From Desulfobacterales bacterium (GTDB lineage Bacteria; Desulfobacterota; Desulfobacteria; Desulfobacterales; UBA5852): a stretch of DNA of 64,000 nucleotides. The translations under genes were made by a program, and so were the position numbers. Below, piece after piece: positions 20,067 to 30,527 of this stretch (positions are counted from its first letter, which is position 1; each line of letters begins with the position of its first letter). The stretch lies in the NCBI GenBank assembly GCA_963674755.2, contig CAXXVS010000003.1:1856001-1920000 (forward strand). Reading direction: 5' to 3'. The notes under the pieces were generated by a model that saw only the letters and a list, made by a program, of their open reading frames with translations, was not told where the DNA came from and did no database searches.

Positions 20067-20630
20067 ATGAGTACCAAGAGAGAAGATAAGGCGAGAAAAT
20101 ACCTTTCAGAAAAATTGTGTGATCTTTTTTACATTAAAGAAGAGGTAATAGGTTTCTGGCCCTTAGATGGTCGGCAACTTCGTCTTGATCTCTTACTAAG
20201 ACCAAAAGAAAAGGCTAAGTCTTTAGGATTTGACGTAGAAGCTATTGGTATAGAAATAAAAGACCCACAATCGAAAGAAAGTGTTAAAAAGTTACTTAAC
20301 TGTGTTGTTCAAGCATACACGTACACATTTTGCGAATTTGACGGAGTTAGACCTGCTTTTATTTTGCTGTATCCAGAAATCGAAAAATTTTTTGAACATG
20401 ACTGGATACACAAGTATTCTAAATCAAATAATGAAAAACCGTCTCATCGCGAAATAAACCTTTTAAGGAGACTAATGCAGAGAGCAAATATTGGTGAACT
20501 CATTATATCTGATGACCAATATACCTTTAAGTTTGCGTTCGCTCGGTTTTTTGATTCAAGGCGTGGAAGATCTAAAGTAAAAGGCCTTGGTTTAAACCGA
20601 TATGTTGGTTCACGAAAGACGAAAAGTTAA
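20067..20630 (+). CDS. Putative PD-(D/E)XK nuclease
   Basis: EEV...RLDLLL...GIEIK...QAYTY motifs. Confidence 0.65.
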   Translation: MSTKREDKARKYLSEKLCDLFYIKEEVIGFWPLDGRQLRLDLLLRPKEKAKSLGFDVEAIGIEIKDPQSKESVKKLLNCVVQAYTYTFCEFDGVRPAFILLYPEIEKFFEHDWIHKYSKSNNEKPSHREINLLRRLMQRANIGELIISDDQYTFKFAFARFFDSRRGRSKVKGLGLNRYVGSRKTKS

Positions 20631-20668
20631 TCTGATATGCTTCTAACACATATTTGTGAGGGTGATAT

Positions 20669-21172
20669 ATGAAGTTTATTACAGAATGTTTAACAGCAAA
20701 TAAAACTTATGTCGAAAAGTTTTTTTACATCTTTTCCAGAGCGGAATATGCTCTTAAAGTATCTGGCTATCTTGAACCAAAAAGCTATGCATCTGCCAAC
20801 TGGCAATCGTTTGCCAAGGCTATTCGTGACAAATTTGACGAAAATAGAGCCGTTGAGTTAAAAGAATCTGTTAAATATTTAAAAGACTACCCTCCAAGGA
20901 AACAAGTTAATCGGGAAGGCCATCTGGAATGGGATGATTCACCACTTGGCAAGAAAACCCCTAATGTTCATTATGTTGTGACAATGATATGTCGAATTAG
21001 AAATAATCTTTTTCATGGAGGGAAGTTTTCCCATGGTTCTTCAAAAGAAATATCTCGAAATACGATGCTGATTAAAAACGCAACAAATATCCTTTGTGAA
21101 CTCATGAGATTGGACGAGCAAGTTAGTCACTATTTCAATCAACCATTAGATACTGAAGATGGAAAGGAGTAG
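20669..21172 (+). CDS. HEPN-domain putative RNase
   Basis: FSRAEYALK and RNNLFHGGK (RxxxxH). Confidence 0.7.
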   Translation: MKFITECLTANKTYVEKFFYIFSRAEYALKVSGYLEPKSYASANWQSFAKAIRDKFDENRAVELKESVKYLKDYPPRKQVNREGHLEWDDSPLGKKTPNVHYVVTMICRIRNNLFHGGKFSHGSSKEISRNTMLIKNATNILCELMRLDEQVSHYFNQPLDTEDGKE

Positions 21173-21298
21173 AATCAGAGAGAAGACCAAACGGGGTCGC
21201 ATCTTAACTATTAATTTTTCATAGAGCCAAGGACCATTCAGGGGACGTTCTGAACTTATAAACTACAAAAAAAATGAAGATCGAACGGGGCATATTGA

Positions 21299-21866
21299 AT
21301 GAAGTTGTTCTGCCTGTTTCTCGGAATTCTCATCGCCTTCGGATTCATCATAAACGAGCTGACCCTCTCCCTGGTCTACCTGATGATGCCTGACGGATCG
21401 ACGGTCGTCTTTTCATCCGAAACATTGCTTTATGCCATAAAACTTAAAATGTGGATGGGGACTTCAGCCAGCCTAACTCTCATTTTCGCCGTGGGGCTTT
21501 TTTGCAAACAGTACGGGCCGTCATTCCGATGGGTCGTCATGCCGGTAATCATGCTGTCCGGTTCGGTTATATATACCGCCTTGACGATGTATAAGTTGCA
21601 CACGTGGGTCGCATCAAGCGGCTCATACGGCTACATCAATGCGCCGATTGACATACGCTCTGTACCTGACGTCGATACCGATCGTGGCACTGGTAGAAGG
21701 GGCAATTTTAATTCTTTGGTCGCTGCTCCTCGATTGGTGGCATAAAAACGATGAACCGGAATCAAGCGACGTCGCGGATAAGATTGAAGCTTTACCGGCG
21801 AACGACACGCCGGTTTCTAATCCTCCGCCCAGCACGGAAAGCAAGGAAATAGCAGTATGCGGATAA
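21299..21866 (+). pseudogene. Frameshifted multi-pass membrane protein
   Basis: Hydrophobic reading continues from ORF 21299..21745 into the frame of 21639..21866 near 21660. Confidence 0.5.
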
Positions 21867-22069
21867 GAGTATCCCAGACCAGCGACCGGATCGTAGTCAA
21901 AATCGAAAACGGCGGCGAGATCGAGATCTCGTTCAACGCAGCGGAAGGGGAGGGCGGCCCAAGCCAGTGCCGGATCTCATACAACGGCCGGCAGGTTGCG
22001 AGCCATGAATCCGAGCAGATGGGCAGGATGGAGTTTTGGGATGTGCCGCTGTCGGGAGGAATAGGATAG
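21857..22069 (+). CDS. Small hypothetical protein
   Basis: 70-aa ORF with AAGGA RBS, coupled to the previous gene. Confidence 0.4.
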   Translation: MRIRVSQTSDRIVVKIENGGEIEISFNAAEGEGGPSQCRISYNGRQVASHESEQMGRMEFWDVPLSGGIG

Positions 22070-22248
22070 TGTTCATCCATAAATGGCATCTTTCGGCCCC
22101 TGGCGGCATTCTCGCTCGTTTTCAATCCTCGAAATAGCGGACTATTCCTCCGGTTAAAAAACGCGCTCGGGCCTTGCCAGGAACCAAAACCCACCATTTA
22201 TGGACGGACACCAGGCTAGAACACAATCTTTCATGAAAGGAGATCGGG

Positions 22249-22473
22249 ATGGACAATTACCACATCACAAAAGACGGCGGTAAGTGGAAGTTCCAAAAGG
22301 AAGGCAATCAGCGGGCATCCAAAACAGCCGAGACCAAAACCGAGATCATCAAACAGATGAGGGACTACATGAGCGATAAAACGGGCTCTGTGAAGATCCA
22401 CAAACAGGATGGAAAGATCCAGGAAGAGCGGACCTACCCGAGGTCGGCCGATCCGAGCAGGAGCAAGGGGTAA
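22249..22473 (+). CDS. DUF2188-like small protein
   Basis: YHIT..GKW..EGNQRAS...KIHKQDGKIQEERTY...DP..SKG; AAGGAG RBS. Confidence 0.8.
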   Translation: MDNYHITKDGGKWKFQKEGNQRASKTAETKTEIIKQMRDYMSDKTGSVKIHKQDGKIQEERTYPRSADPSRSKG

Positions 22474-22682
22474 TACCGCACTATGATGAAGAAGGCTACA
22501 GCGACATGCGAGCATAATGTTCTTGAATTACATCGAAAGCAGCTGATTGTAATCTGAAACAAGCCAACCCTGTTCACCCTCCTTAGCCAACTAAAAAGTC
22601 AGCCTTCTTTGTGCCGGTATTCTATCGTTCGGAAGAGCGAAATTTATCTTAATTCGATAATAATGGGTTCAAATGATGATGA

Positions 22683-23480
22683 ATGGAGGGTGACATGAAA
22701 AATTATTCAATCGATTCTATTGATAGAAGAAACGCCATATTCAGAATTGGTGGCATGGCGGCCTTTGGGCTTGGAATTTTGGGGCCATCTGAACATGCCT
22801 TGGCTCAACAACCATGCAATATTTCCAAGGAGCTGCTGCTATCGCTTGGGTATAAAATTCAAGCGATAAATAGAATGACAAATAATCAAATTCTCTCCGA
22901 AAATCCTGATGATAGGGTTGTCTATGTTGAAATGATCAAGGGCATGACTCAAGTTTTAAGCGAAATTAAGCTAAATGCGGATGAAATGTATCTGGTATGG
23001 CGGCATGAGTATATCGAGTTAAGTATCGAAATTCAGAATATGGGTATAAGCACCACAAAAGGGTTTGAGAAGGTTGCCCCCGATCCTAAATCAATTAAGG
23101 TTGAGAAAAGAGAATCATGCTGGGGGGTCCTCTTGAGCATAATTTTAGAAACTATAGGTATTGACGACGCCCTTAAGCGCATATTTGATGAGGTACTTAA
23201 GCGCGCAGGACTGGAAACTCTGGGAAAAGAAATTATGAAAGCCTCTATAGAGAAGAATTGGCCTAAAGTATCCCTTCAACTAGAAGATCTGATTTCGAGA
23301 GTTTTTCAAAAATATTTATTGGAAGAACTAAAACGAAATATCCCACCAGCCGCATATAAAAAAATGTTAGGAAAAGTCGCGGGCAGGTTTGTTCCCTGGA
23401 TTGGGTGGGGATTATTTTGCCTATCATTGTTAACCTCCATCAGTCACAACTGGGATGAGCTGCGAAATTGCGAATTTTAA
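22683..23480 (+). CDS. Hypothetical exported protein with Tat-like signal
   Basis: IDRRNAIF...ALA signal; hydrophobic C-terminal VPWIGWGLF helix. Confidence 0.6.
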   Translation: MEGDMKNYSIDSIDRRNAIFRIGGMAAFGLGILGPSEHALAQQPCNISKELLLSLGYKIQAINRMTNNQILSENPDDRVVYVEMIKGMTQVLSEIKLNADEMYLVWRHEYIELSIEIQNMGISTTKGFEKVAPDPKSIKVEKRESCWGVLLSIILETIGIDDALKRIFDEVLKRAGLETLGKEIMKASIEKNWPKVSLQLEDLISRVFQKYLLEELKRNIPPAAYKKMLGKVAGRFVPWIGWGLFCLSLLTSISHNWDELRNCEF

Positions 23481-23499
23481 ATTCCCAAATGACATAACC

Positions 23500-24404
23500 A
23501 TATCGACATACTGTGAATATCATGATGGTTTTCTGGTAATCGAATATCCATCTCGCTGAAACGAAGACTGACCTGGACCGTATAATAGCCCGGTTCGGAC
23601 AGCGCCCAACCGTTGACACCGACCGCGGGGAACAGTGATTCATATACCGATTCGCCCGGATTGAGGACTTTGGCCGTGCAGGCTAAATCATAGTGGGCAA
23701 ACGGGGAGAATTGCCGTGCCGGTCGGCCGTCCTTTTTGATAATGACAACCATGCTGTCAAGCCGGGAAAGGATATTCCCGTCAATAACAATCGGCTGCGA
23801 GGTGATATTGGTCAACTTCAACTCCAGGACCACTGGTTCCATGAATTCCCAGTTGGCGGTTTTGCGATTGGCACGGACTTCGAGCTTAAGCGGGGGTTTG
23901 GTGACCAGATTGGCGCCCCGGAAACCGTGGTTATCGAACCAGTCGGCGTTACCGGGCTGGGCGTATTCATAAGGGGCATGCCGCATAAACAACAGTTCGC
24001 TGTCGTCAAAACGATACTCGAAATTAGAGAAGTAATCCTCCTCGGAATTGGTGTAGCTATAGGGTCCGCCGGGGTAATAGAAAGGATAATTCATGAAGCT
24101 GAGAGAGGCGGTGTTGTTGGTCAGCGGAATCCAGCTGGAACCGAAGCCGACATAGTGTTTCTGCCAGCTATGGGCCAAATTGAAACAATGCCGGCTTCGT
24201 GGATTGCGCACCAGAACTTGTATCGCTCAGCCCAGTCCTGAGGCTGAACCATCCCTGCCGGAGCGTTGAAGAGGGGTGAGTCAAGAAAGATCGAGGTTCC
24301 CTGGCGGTGGTTGGGACCGATGCCGTCAAACATTATTCCGGCTAGGTTGGGACTTTGTTCATGAGCGGCTGCAAAAAAAATCCAAATGGCCCATTGGGGG
24401 GCGT
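23500..24404 (-). pseudogene. Zinc metallopeptidase fragment cut by IS21
   Basis: HEAG|HCFNLAH motif split by a 1-bp frameshift near 24190; 5' part removed at the IS21 end. Confidence 0.7.
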
Positions 24405-24462
24405 TGTCAATGGGAATGAAAAGTGTACCAGTTTCGGGAAACGAAAAGTGTACCACTCCCGC

Positions 24463-25251
24463 TCAGTTAATGGTTTCGGTTAATGCAGCCGGTGTAGCCG
24501 GCGCGGTGTTAAATTCGTTCTTTGACAAAGTGTGCTTTCTGAGCCGGTAGCTGTGGCCCTTGATGTTGACCACCCGACAGTGGTGGAGCAGCCGGTCGAG
24601 GATCGCGGTGGCAATGACCTGATCGCCGAACAGCTCCTGCCAGTCCCCGAAGCTCTTGTTGGAGGTGATGATGGTGGAGCTTCGCTCGTAGCGGTAGCTG
24701 ATGAACTGGAAGAACAGGTAGGCTTCCTTGCTGTCGATGGGCAGATAGCCCACCTCATCGACCACCACCAGACTGGAGGTCAGATAGGCCTTGTGCCGGG
24801 ACTGGGACTGCTCCTTAAGTTTTCGCATCAGGGCGTCCATGGTCATGAAATAGACCTTGAAGCCGTGATGACAGGCCTTGGTGGCCAATGCGATCGCCAG
24901 ATGGGTTTTGCCCACCCCCGGAGGCCCCAGGAAGATCACGTTCTCGTGCTTGGGGATGAAGTCCAGATCGAAGAGCGCCATGACTTCTTTCTTATTGAGA
25001 TCCGGGTGGAACGAGAAGTCGTAGGCATCGATGGTTTTGGCCGCCGGAAGGCCCGCGGTCTTCATGGCGGTCTCCACCCGCCGCTTTTCCTTGGCGCCGA
25101 CTTCCTCCTCCAGCAGGTGATCCAGGAAAGCCATATATGAGCTCTTGTCGGTTTCGGCCTGCAAAAGGACAGTGTCGAGCACGGCGGCAGCCTGGGTGAG
25201 CTTTAGCCGCTGAAGATTGTCCCGAAGGCGGTCTGTAATCAGTTGATCCAT
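24463..25251 (-). CDS. istB: IS21 helper ATPase
   Basis: GPPGVGKTHLA, VVDEVGY, AILDRLLHH. Confidence 0.95.
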   Translation of the reverse strand: MDQLITDRLRDNLQRLKLTQAAAVLDTVLLQAETDKSSYMAFLDHLLEEEVGAKEKRRVETAMKTAGLPAAKTIDAYDFSFHPDLNKKEVMALFDLDFIPKHENVIFLGPPGVGKTHLAIALATKACHHGFKVYFMTMDALMRKLKEQSQSRHKAYLTSSLVVVDEVGYLPIDSKEAYLFFQFISYRYERSSTIITSNKSFGDWQELFGDQVIATAILDRLLHHCRVVNIKGHSYRLRKHTLSKNEFNTAPATPAALTETIN

Positions 25252-26516
25252 ACCCCACCTCCTTTCTGGGCCGCCTGTTCGTAGACGGACAGCGGCCTGT
25301 AGAGCACTTGGGGAAACAGGCTGCCGTTGACCAGACCCCGCGTGGCCTTGCCCTTGCGGCGGCCGTAGGGTGGTGTCTTCGGCGGCTGTTCGCGACGCAG
25401 CTTGAGGATCTCCTCGATGATGGCCGGATCGGTGATCATCCGCCCCTTCTCCGGGCTCTCGGTGTGGGTGATCAGCAGCCGGTCATCGTCGTAAATGCGG
25501 ATGACGCCGTCCTTGATCCTCAGCAGCACTTTTTTGCCGACCGCTTCCGGCGGCACCTGGTAACGGCTAGCGTTGTAGGAGATCAAGCAGTCTTTGTAGA
25601 CCTTCCGGTAGACCTTGATGGCGGTGTCGTAGTTTCTGGGCACCGAACCGAGGCTGCGGACCTCCTGCTGCCAGCGCATGTCGACGAGCTGCCGGTGAGT
25701 GCGATGCTCGCGCCGGTTGGCGGTCTCCGAGATCCAGTGGAGCAGATCCGCATTGGCCTGGTCGATGCTCTCAAACACATAGCCGCGCCAGAAAGCTTCC
25801 CGGATGTAGTCGATGGGGCGTTCCACCTTGCCTTTGGTCCAGGGGCTATAGGGGGCGCACAGCACCGGCTTGAAGCCGCAGTGGTCGGCAAAATCGGTGA
25901 ACTCGACATTGATGCGCGCTCGCCCATCGGCGCGGCCGGCGAACACATGGCGCATGTTGTCATAGAGCAGTTCGAAAGGCACGCCCCCGAGATACTTGAA
26001 GGCCCGCAAGTGGGCGTCCATAAACGCCGCCAGAGTGCAGCGGGTGACGAACTCGGCGTACATGGCCCGGGAAAATCCGAGAACCAGCAGGAACAGATGC
26101 ACGGTGATGTCGGCGACACCGGCAGCGGCGATCTTAAAGTCGGCCCAGTCCACCTGGCCTTGCAGACCGGGAACCGTCTCGAACCGCAGGAAGGCCTGAC
26201 GACGATTGCGGGCTTTGACGGCTCGCACATAGGTTTTGACCGTGTCGTAGCCGCCGGAATAGCCGAGGTCTTTGATCTTCTGAAAGATCCATGTACCGCG
26301 GTAATTGTCCTGCTGGAGCCAGTCGTCGATCATCTGGTGGTAGGGGGAAAGGATCGATTCCTTGCGCTTGTGTTTACGATACCGGGGCATTGTGGGATCT
26401 GCCAGGTACTTGGTGACGGTGTTGCGGTGAATGCCAAGCTTCCGGGCAATGGCGCGCATCGTGAAGCCTTGGCGGTGATAGGAATGAATGTCCATGAATG
26501 CCTCCCTGGTGATCAT
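25239..26516 (-). CDS. istA: IS21 transposase
   Basis: RFETVPG.QGQVDW, LYDNM, KGKVER. Confidence 0.95.
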   Translation of the reverse strand: MITREAFMDIHSYHRQGFTMRAIARKLGIHRNTVTKYLADPTMPRYRKHKRKESILSPYHQMIDDWLQQDNYRGTWIFQKIKDLGYSGGYDTVKTYVRAVKARNRRQAFLRFETVPGLQGQVDWADFKIAAAGVADITVHLFLLVLGFSRAMYAEFVTRCTLAAFMDAHLRAFKYLGGVPFELLYDNMRHVFAGRADGRARINVEFTDFADHCGFKPVLCAPYSPWTKGKVERPIDYIREAFWRGYVFESIDQANADLLHWISETANRREHRTHRQLVDMRWQQEVRSLGSVPRNYDTAIKVYRKVYKDCLISYNASRYQVPPEAVGKKVLLRIKDGVIRIYDDDRLLITHTESPEKGRMITDPAIIEEILKLRREQPPKTPPYGRRKGKATRGLVNGSLFPQVLYRPLSVYEQAAQKGGGVWIN

Positions 26517-26618
26517 GGCGGCGCCCTCCTTTAGCAGAGGGTCTTACCACCAATTACACCACCGGGGTGGTACACTTTTCATTCCCATTATTGGTACACT
26601 TTAGCATTCCCGCCGACA

Positions 26619-26689
26619 ACGTAGCGTGAATCTACGGCGTGAGCTGGAGTACCATGAAGCATTTCGTGGTGAGCAGGGGACTGGCTTGA
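26619..26689 (+). pseudogene. 3' tip of a serine resolvase copy
   Basis: IYGVSWSTMKHFVVSRGLA* matches the C-terminus of the other two copies. Confidence 0.8.
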
Positions 26690-26944
26690 TGTGGGGCAAA
26701 CTTGGCCTTCGGCACCGGCAGATGTAGTGCGCAGCCATACTGAACACAATAAATGTGTCCTAAGGACATTTGCCTGTTGTTTTCATTTATTCATTTTTCA
26801 AGCCACCAATTACGATGGCAATCCTCTTTCATTATCAAATATGCAAGCCAAACATCCTCGTGTATGGCCATTTAGGTACTAATCGATTCTAATTATTCAG
26901 CCCGTTTTTGAAGATCGGCTGCATTTGCTTGGTAAATTGAAAGA

Positions 26945-28015
26945 TTACGATAATTTTCTTACCTTATCATTTAATGACTCGTAAAGAATTGGTGAAACTA
27001 GATCCATCCACGATGCAGTTTGGTAAAGTGATGACAGAAGTATACTATGTATATCCATTGGGTGGTTTTTATATTCTTTTAGTACATGTTTTGTAATATT
27101 CATAAACCTTTGCCAAGCAGGAGGATGAGTTGAAAATGAAATCTTCTCTCCTACTATCATTTGATAAACATCTTCCTTGATATTTAAAAGATAAAAAAAA
27201 ATGTTTACCGCATGAAATATGTATGCATATTTGTGATATTCGTATCCTTCATCGAATTTAAGATGTGGGAATAAATCGAGACTTATCATCCAGCTAACAG
27301 CAAGTTGATCAGCTTCAAATTCTTGATTTTGCATTTTTTCAAAAATTGTTAGGTCTCCTTCCGTCGATTCATTCTTAAGCTCTTTAGCGGTCAAGTGGCC
27401 GGCTATTGCATGCATAAATTCATGCATCAAGATAAATTTTTCCATATGAGATAGGAAAATAGACCTTAAAATATCTGCTTTTTTATCAATGGATATTGGA
27501 ATATTTCTCGATAAAAGTGGTATATTATTTTTTTCATACTCTATAAATGAATCACTTAGAAGAGATATGCATTCATCAAAACTCAATTGAGTATTAATGA
27601 AAAATCTATCAATAAATGCATTATTATTTTTATCGTAATTTATATGACAATGCAGATGAGACAATAATTTAGTAAACTGGTTCAAAAAAACAAAAAGACC
27701 TGTGTTTAGAAGAAATATATGGCCTTTATTGGTCCTTGCATAATAAGCATTAAATTCACATGTAGGATATTCACCGGCAAAAATGGGTACGTCAAAATTT
27801 TTACCAGCATTTAAAATGGAATTCCGAATATCTTCACAGTAATTAGATAGGATCCAATTAAAAGAATTTTCAATAGGCGGTATTTCGAAATCGTGTCCAT
27901 AAGTTTGGCGATATTGTTCGTTTAATAATTCAGAATTTTGCAATTTGGTTTCAGATAGATTGCTATTTTTCAAAAATTTTAGATATTCATCTTTTAAAGA
28001 ATTTTTATCGCTCAT
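26945..28015 (-). CDS. HExxH metallopeptidase, Lit/peptidase U49-like
   Basis: FNAY, ILMHEFMHAIAGH, QEFEADQLA, THPPAWQR; very AT-rich. Confidence 0.7.
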   Translation of the reverse strand: MSDKNSLKDEYLKFLKNSNLSETKLQNSELLNEQYRQTYGHDFEIPPIENSFNWILSNYCEDIRNSILNAGKNFDVPIFAGEYPTCEFNAYYARTNKGHIFLLNTGLFVFLNQFTKLLSHLHCHINYDKNNNAFIDRFFINTQLSFDECISLLSDSFIEYEKNNIPLLSRNIPISIDKKADILRSIFLSHMEKFILMHEFMHAIAGHLTAKELKNESTEGDLTIFEKMQNQEFEADQLAVSWMISLDLFPHLKFDEGYEYHKYAYIFHAVNIFFYLLNIKEDVYQMIVGEKISFSTHPPAWQRFMNITKHVLKEYKNHPMDIHSILLSSLYQTASWMDLVSPILYESLNDKVRKLS

Positions 28016-28061
28016 TATGTTATCTGTCCATGTTTAAAATAAATTTGATTTGATTGAAATA

Positions 28062-29528
28062 GTCGATTCTGAAAAAGTCGTTTTAGGCCGCGCCCCATAA
28101 AAGGGCTGATCTTTGACAGTCAGTCAGCCAATTGAGCAATAGGCGTAAAAAGTCCGCTGCAAACCGCAGCAGCTTGTGGAAGTTCATTCCGGCCGCACTG
28201 AGGATGGCGTTAATCTGATCACCGTAAGTGCCTTTGAGTCGGTTGCGATCCATGCGGTGCTCGCGTTTCAGATGGCCGATGCCCGGTTCGATGGCGGCCC
28301 GACGTTTTATCCAGCGCCATAAGCTCCTGGCGGTTCGGCCGCGACGGCGCTTGTCTACATGAATGCTGACCTCTCCCTTATAGCCGTGTCCCCGATAGCC
28401 CATATCCACAAACACATGATCGGGAGGCCGGGTGATGCGTTCGATCTGGTTCAGAGCTTCGCTCAACGTGTGTCCGTCGTAAGGATTGCCGTGAATGGCC
28501 CGGGCGCCCACAAACCAGCCGCCCCGGCTGGTGGCCGCCACACTGACTTTGCAGCCAAACTCGTAACGCTTATGAGCTTTGCCTTTGCTAATACACTCCA
28601 CGGCTGGCTCATGAACGCTGTAGATCTTGTTCTTGTCATGGCGCTGCTGCTTGAAAATGCGTTTGCTGATGGTCAACAGCGATTGCAGGGTTTGGTCAGG
28701 ATGAGGGGCTTTACGCTCGATATCGCGGATAACCCTCCCCAGATACGTCCTTAATTTGCGTGTGCAACCTCGTGCGCGTTTCATCTGACGGGCATGGGCA
28801 TAGCGGCTTTGCTGGCAGACCAGCTGCGGTGCCTTGCGATTGTAATTCTGACGTAAAACAATCCCGCGCTGCTTGGCCGCCGCCACAAGTCGCTGCCGGG
28901 ACCGATCATACAACCGGGCGTCGGTGGGAAAGCGAATGTCTTTTTCCTGGACGGTGGTATCCACGTTAACGCGCTTGAGTTGGTGAACCTTAACGGCTTT
29001 GAGTTTGAGACCGGCCTCAATGGTCTCTTTGAGAAGTTCTTCGGCCCCGGACGCTCCAATACGCTTTCGCCAGCGGGTCATGCTGGAAGGATCGATGGGC
29101 AGCTCATGCTCGAAGAACTGCATGCCGCTCAAATACTGCCAGTAGGGGTTTTCAACCCAACCGGCCACCACATCTTCGTCACTCAAGTTGTGGGTGTATT
29201 TGAGATAGTGCAGGGCAACCATCAACCGCGTGCTGATGGCCGGTCGCCCCTGGTCCGGACAATAGGTTTGACCGAAGACATCGGCCAATCGTTGCCAATC
29301 CACCACTCGGGCCAATTTGACCAATGGATGGGCAGGATTGATGACTTTTGAAAGCTCCGGTCGGAAAAGATCCCGTTGTCGATTGTGCTGTGGCGATTTC
29401 TTTGGTTTCATGGTGAAAATTTGCAGGAAAAGTGAGTGAAAAGCGGTGAAATCCTGCAAATTTACATACCACAAATTGAATTCTTTTTGTGGTAATATCT
29501 GTTAGATAAAAGGATTTTCAGAACCGAC
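28062..29528 (-). mobile_element. IS5-family element
   Basis: Inverted repeats GTCGATTCTGAAAA / TTTTCAGAACCGAC; TGAAATA duplicated on both sides (5-7 bp depending on end assignment). Confidence 0.88.
28083..29411 (-). CDS. IS5-family transposase
   Basis: ENPYWQY, VDTTVQEK, YEFGCKVS, VDMGYRG, RRAAIEP. Confidence 0.93.
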   Translation of the reverse strand: MKPKKSPQHNRQRDLFRPELSKVINPAHPLVKLARVVDWQRLADVFGQTYCPDQGRPAISTRLMVALHYLKYTHNLSDEDVVAGWVENPYWQYLSGMQFFEHELPIDPSSMTRWRKRIGASGAEELLKETIEAGLKLKAVKVHQLKRVNVDTTVQEKDIRFPTDARLYDRSRQRLVAAAKQRGIVLRQNYNRKAPQLVCQQSRYAHARQMKRARGCTRKLRTYLGRVIRDIERKAPHPDQTLQSLLTISKRIFKQQRHDKNKIYSVHEPAVECISKGKAHKRYEFGCKVSVAATSRGGWFVGARAIHGNPYDGHTLSEALNQIERITRPPDHVFVDMGYRGHGYKGEVSIHVDKRRRGRTARSLWRWIKRRAAIEPGIGHLKREHRMDRNRLKGTYGDQINAILSAAGMNFHKLLRFAADFLRLLLNWLTDCQRSALLWGAA

Positions 29529-30119
29529 TGAAATAGAAGTTGATTACATTGTAAACTATACCATTATTAACGATATCTTTAAATTGTTTTCAATTTCATT
29601 TATTTCTTTATTTTTGGCAAGTTTAGCGGATTTATTAATTTTACCCTTGTAGGTTGACAGCATTAATCATGCCAGAGTTATGTTGGATATTTATTCGTGA
29701 TCTTATACAAAAATACTATTTAATTTCAGATATAATACAGTCCCTGCGCGGATCATAATAGCTTCATAAGGGATTACGATGCTGACATATTGTGGCAAAA
29801 TACTGACGATATTTGTCATTGACTCATTTTGCACTTGTATAATTGACCAATCGGTCGAAATAGGAATACTTGCGAAAATCTTCTAATCACACGCAGACAC
29901 TCGACGCTCGCTTTGCATCCCAATAACTTTCGATCCGATAATTGGTAGAAGCGGCGAACTGAAAAACAGCGAACGCAATCCTGAGAGTGCGATGAAGTTC
30001 TATTCTCGCTTCCGACACCTAACAGTCTAACTTCCTGGAAAAATTTCGTGTGAATTCTTCAATATTGCGCCTCATGGATTGCACATTACACCAGCTGCCT
30101 CGCTCAAAGCCCCTGTACT

Positions 30120-30527
30120 TTGATCATTGCCGAGTTGTCCCGGCTGGGGCGCTCCGTCGGTCAGATTGCCATCCTGGTTGATGGATTGATCAGCGACGGC
30201 ATCCAGATCATCACCATCAAAGAGGGTATGATCCTGAGCGGAAAGCGGGACATGAAGTCCAAGGTGATCCTGACGATGTTCTCGCTCATGGCGGAAATCG
30301 AACGTGACCTCGTTTCTGAGCGGACCAAAGAAGGGCTGAGGCGCGCAAGGGCAGAGGGTAAGCTCTTGGGGCGTCCCAAAGGGACGACGAGTTCCAAGCT
30401 GGACGGCAAGGAAGGGGAGATCCGCGGTTATCTGGCGAAGGGGGTAAACCTTGCCAACCTGGCTCGGATCTATGGCGTTTCGTGGTCCACGATGAAGCAC
30501 TTCGTGGTGAGCAGGGGGCTGGCTTGA
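30120..30527 (+). pseudogene. 5'-truncated serine resolvase copy
   Basis: Nearly identical to the last two-thirds of 11543..12148; catalytic YxRVS region missing. Confidence 0.85.

Larger units (their letters stand above)
24405..26618 (-). mobile_element. IS21-family element
   Basis: TG...CA ends (TGTCAATGGGAATG / CATTCCCGCCGACA); repeated subterminal AAAGTGTACCA motifs; istA-istB; no target duplication seen. Confidence 0.92.

Noticed and set aside
21190..21255. GGGGTCGCATCTT / GGGGACGTTCT motifs as ends of REP-associated transposase elements
   Set aside because: Too short, with no partner ends or transposase in the window
24670..24680. ATGGTGGAG resembling the att core
   Set aside because: Short and inside the istB coding sequence; likely chance
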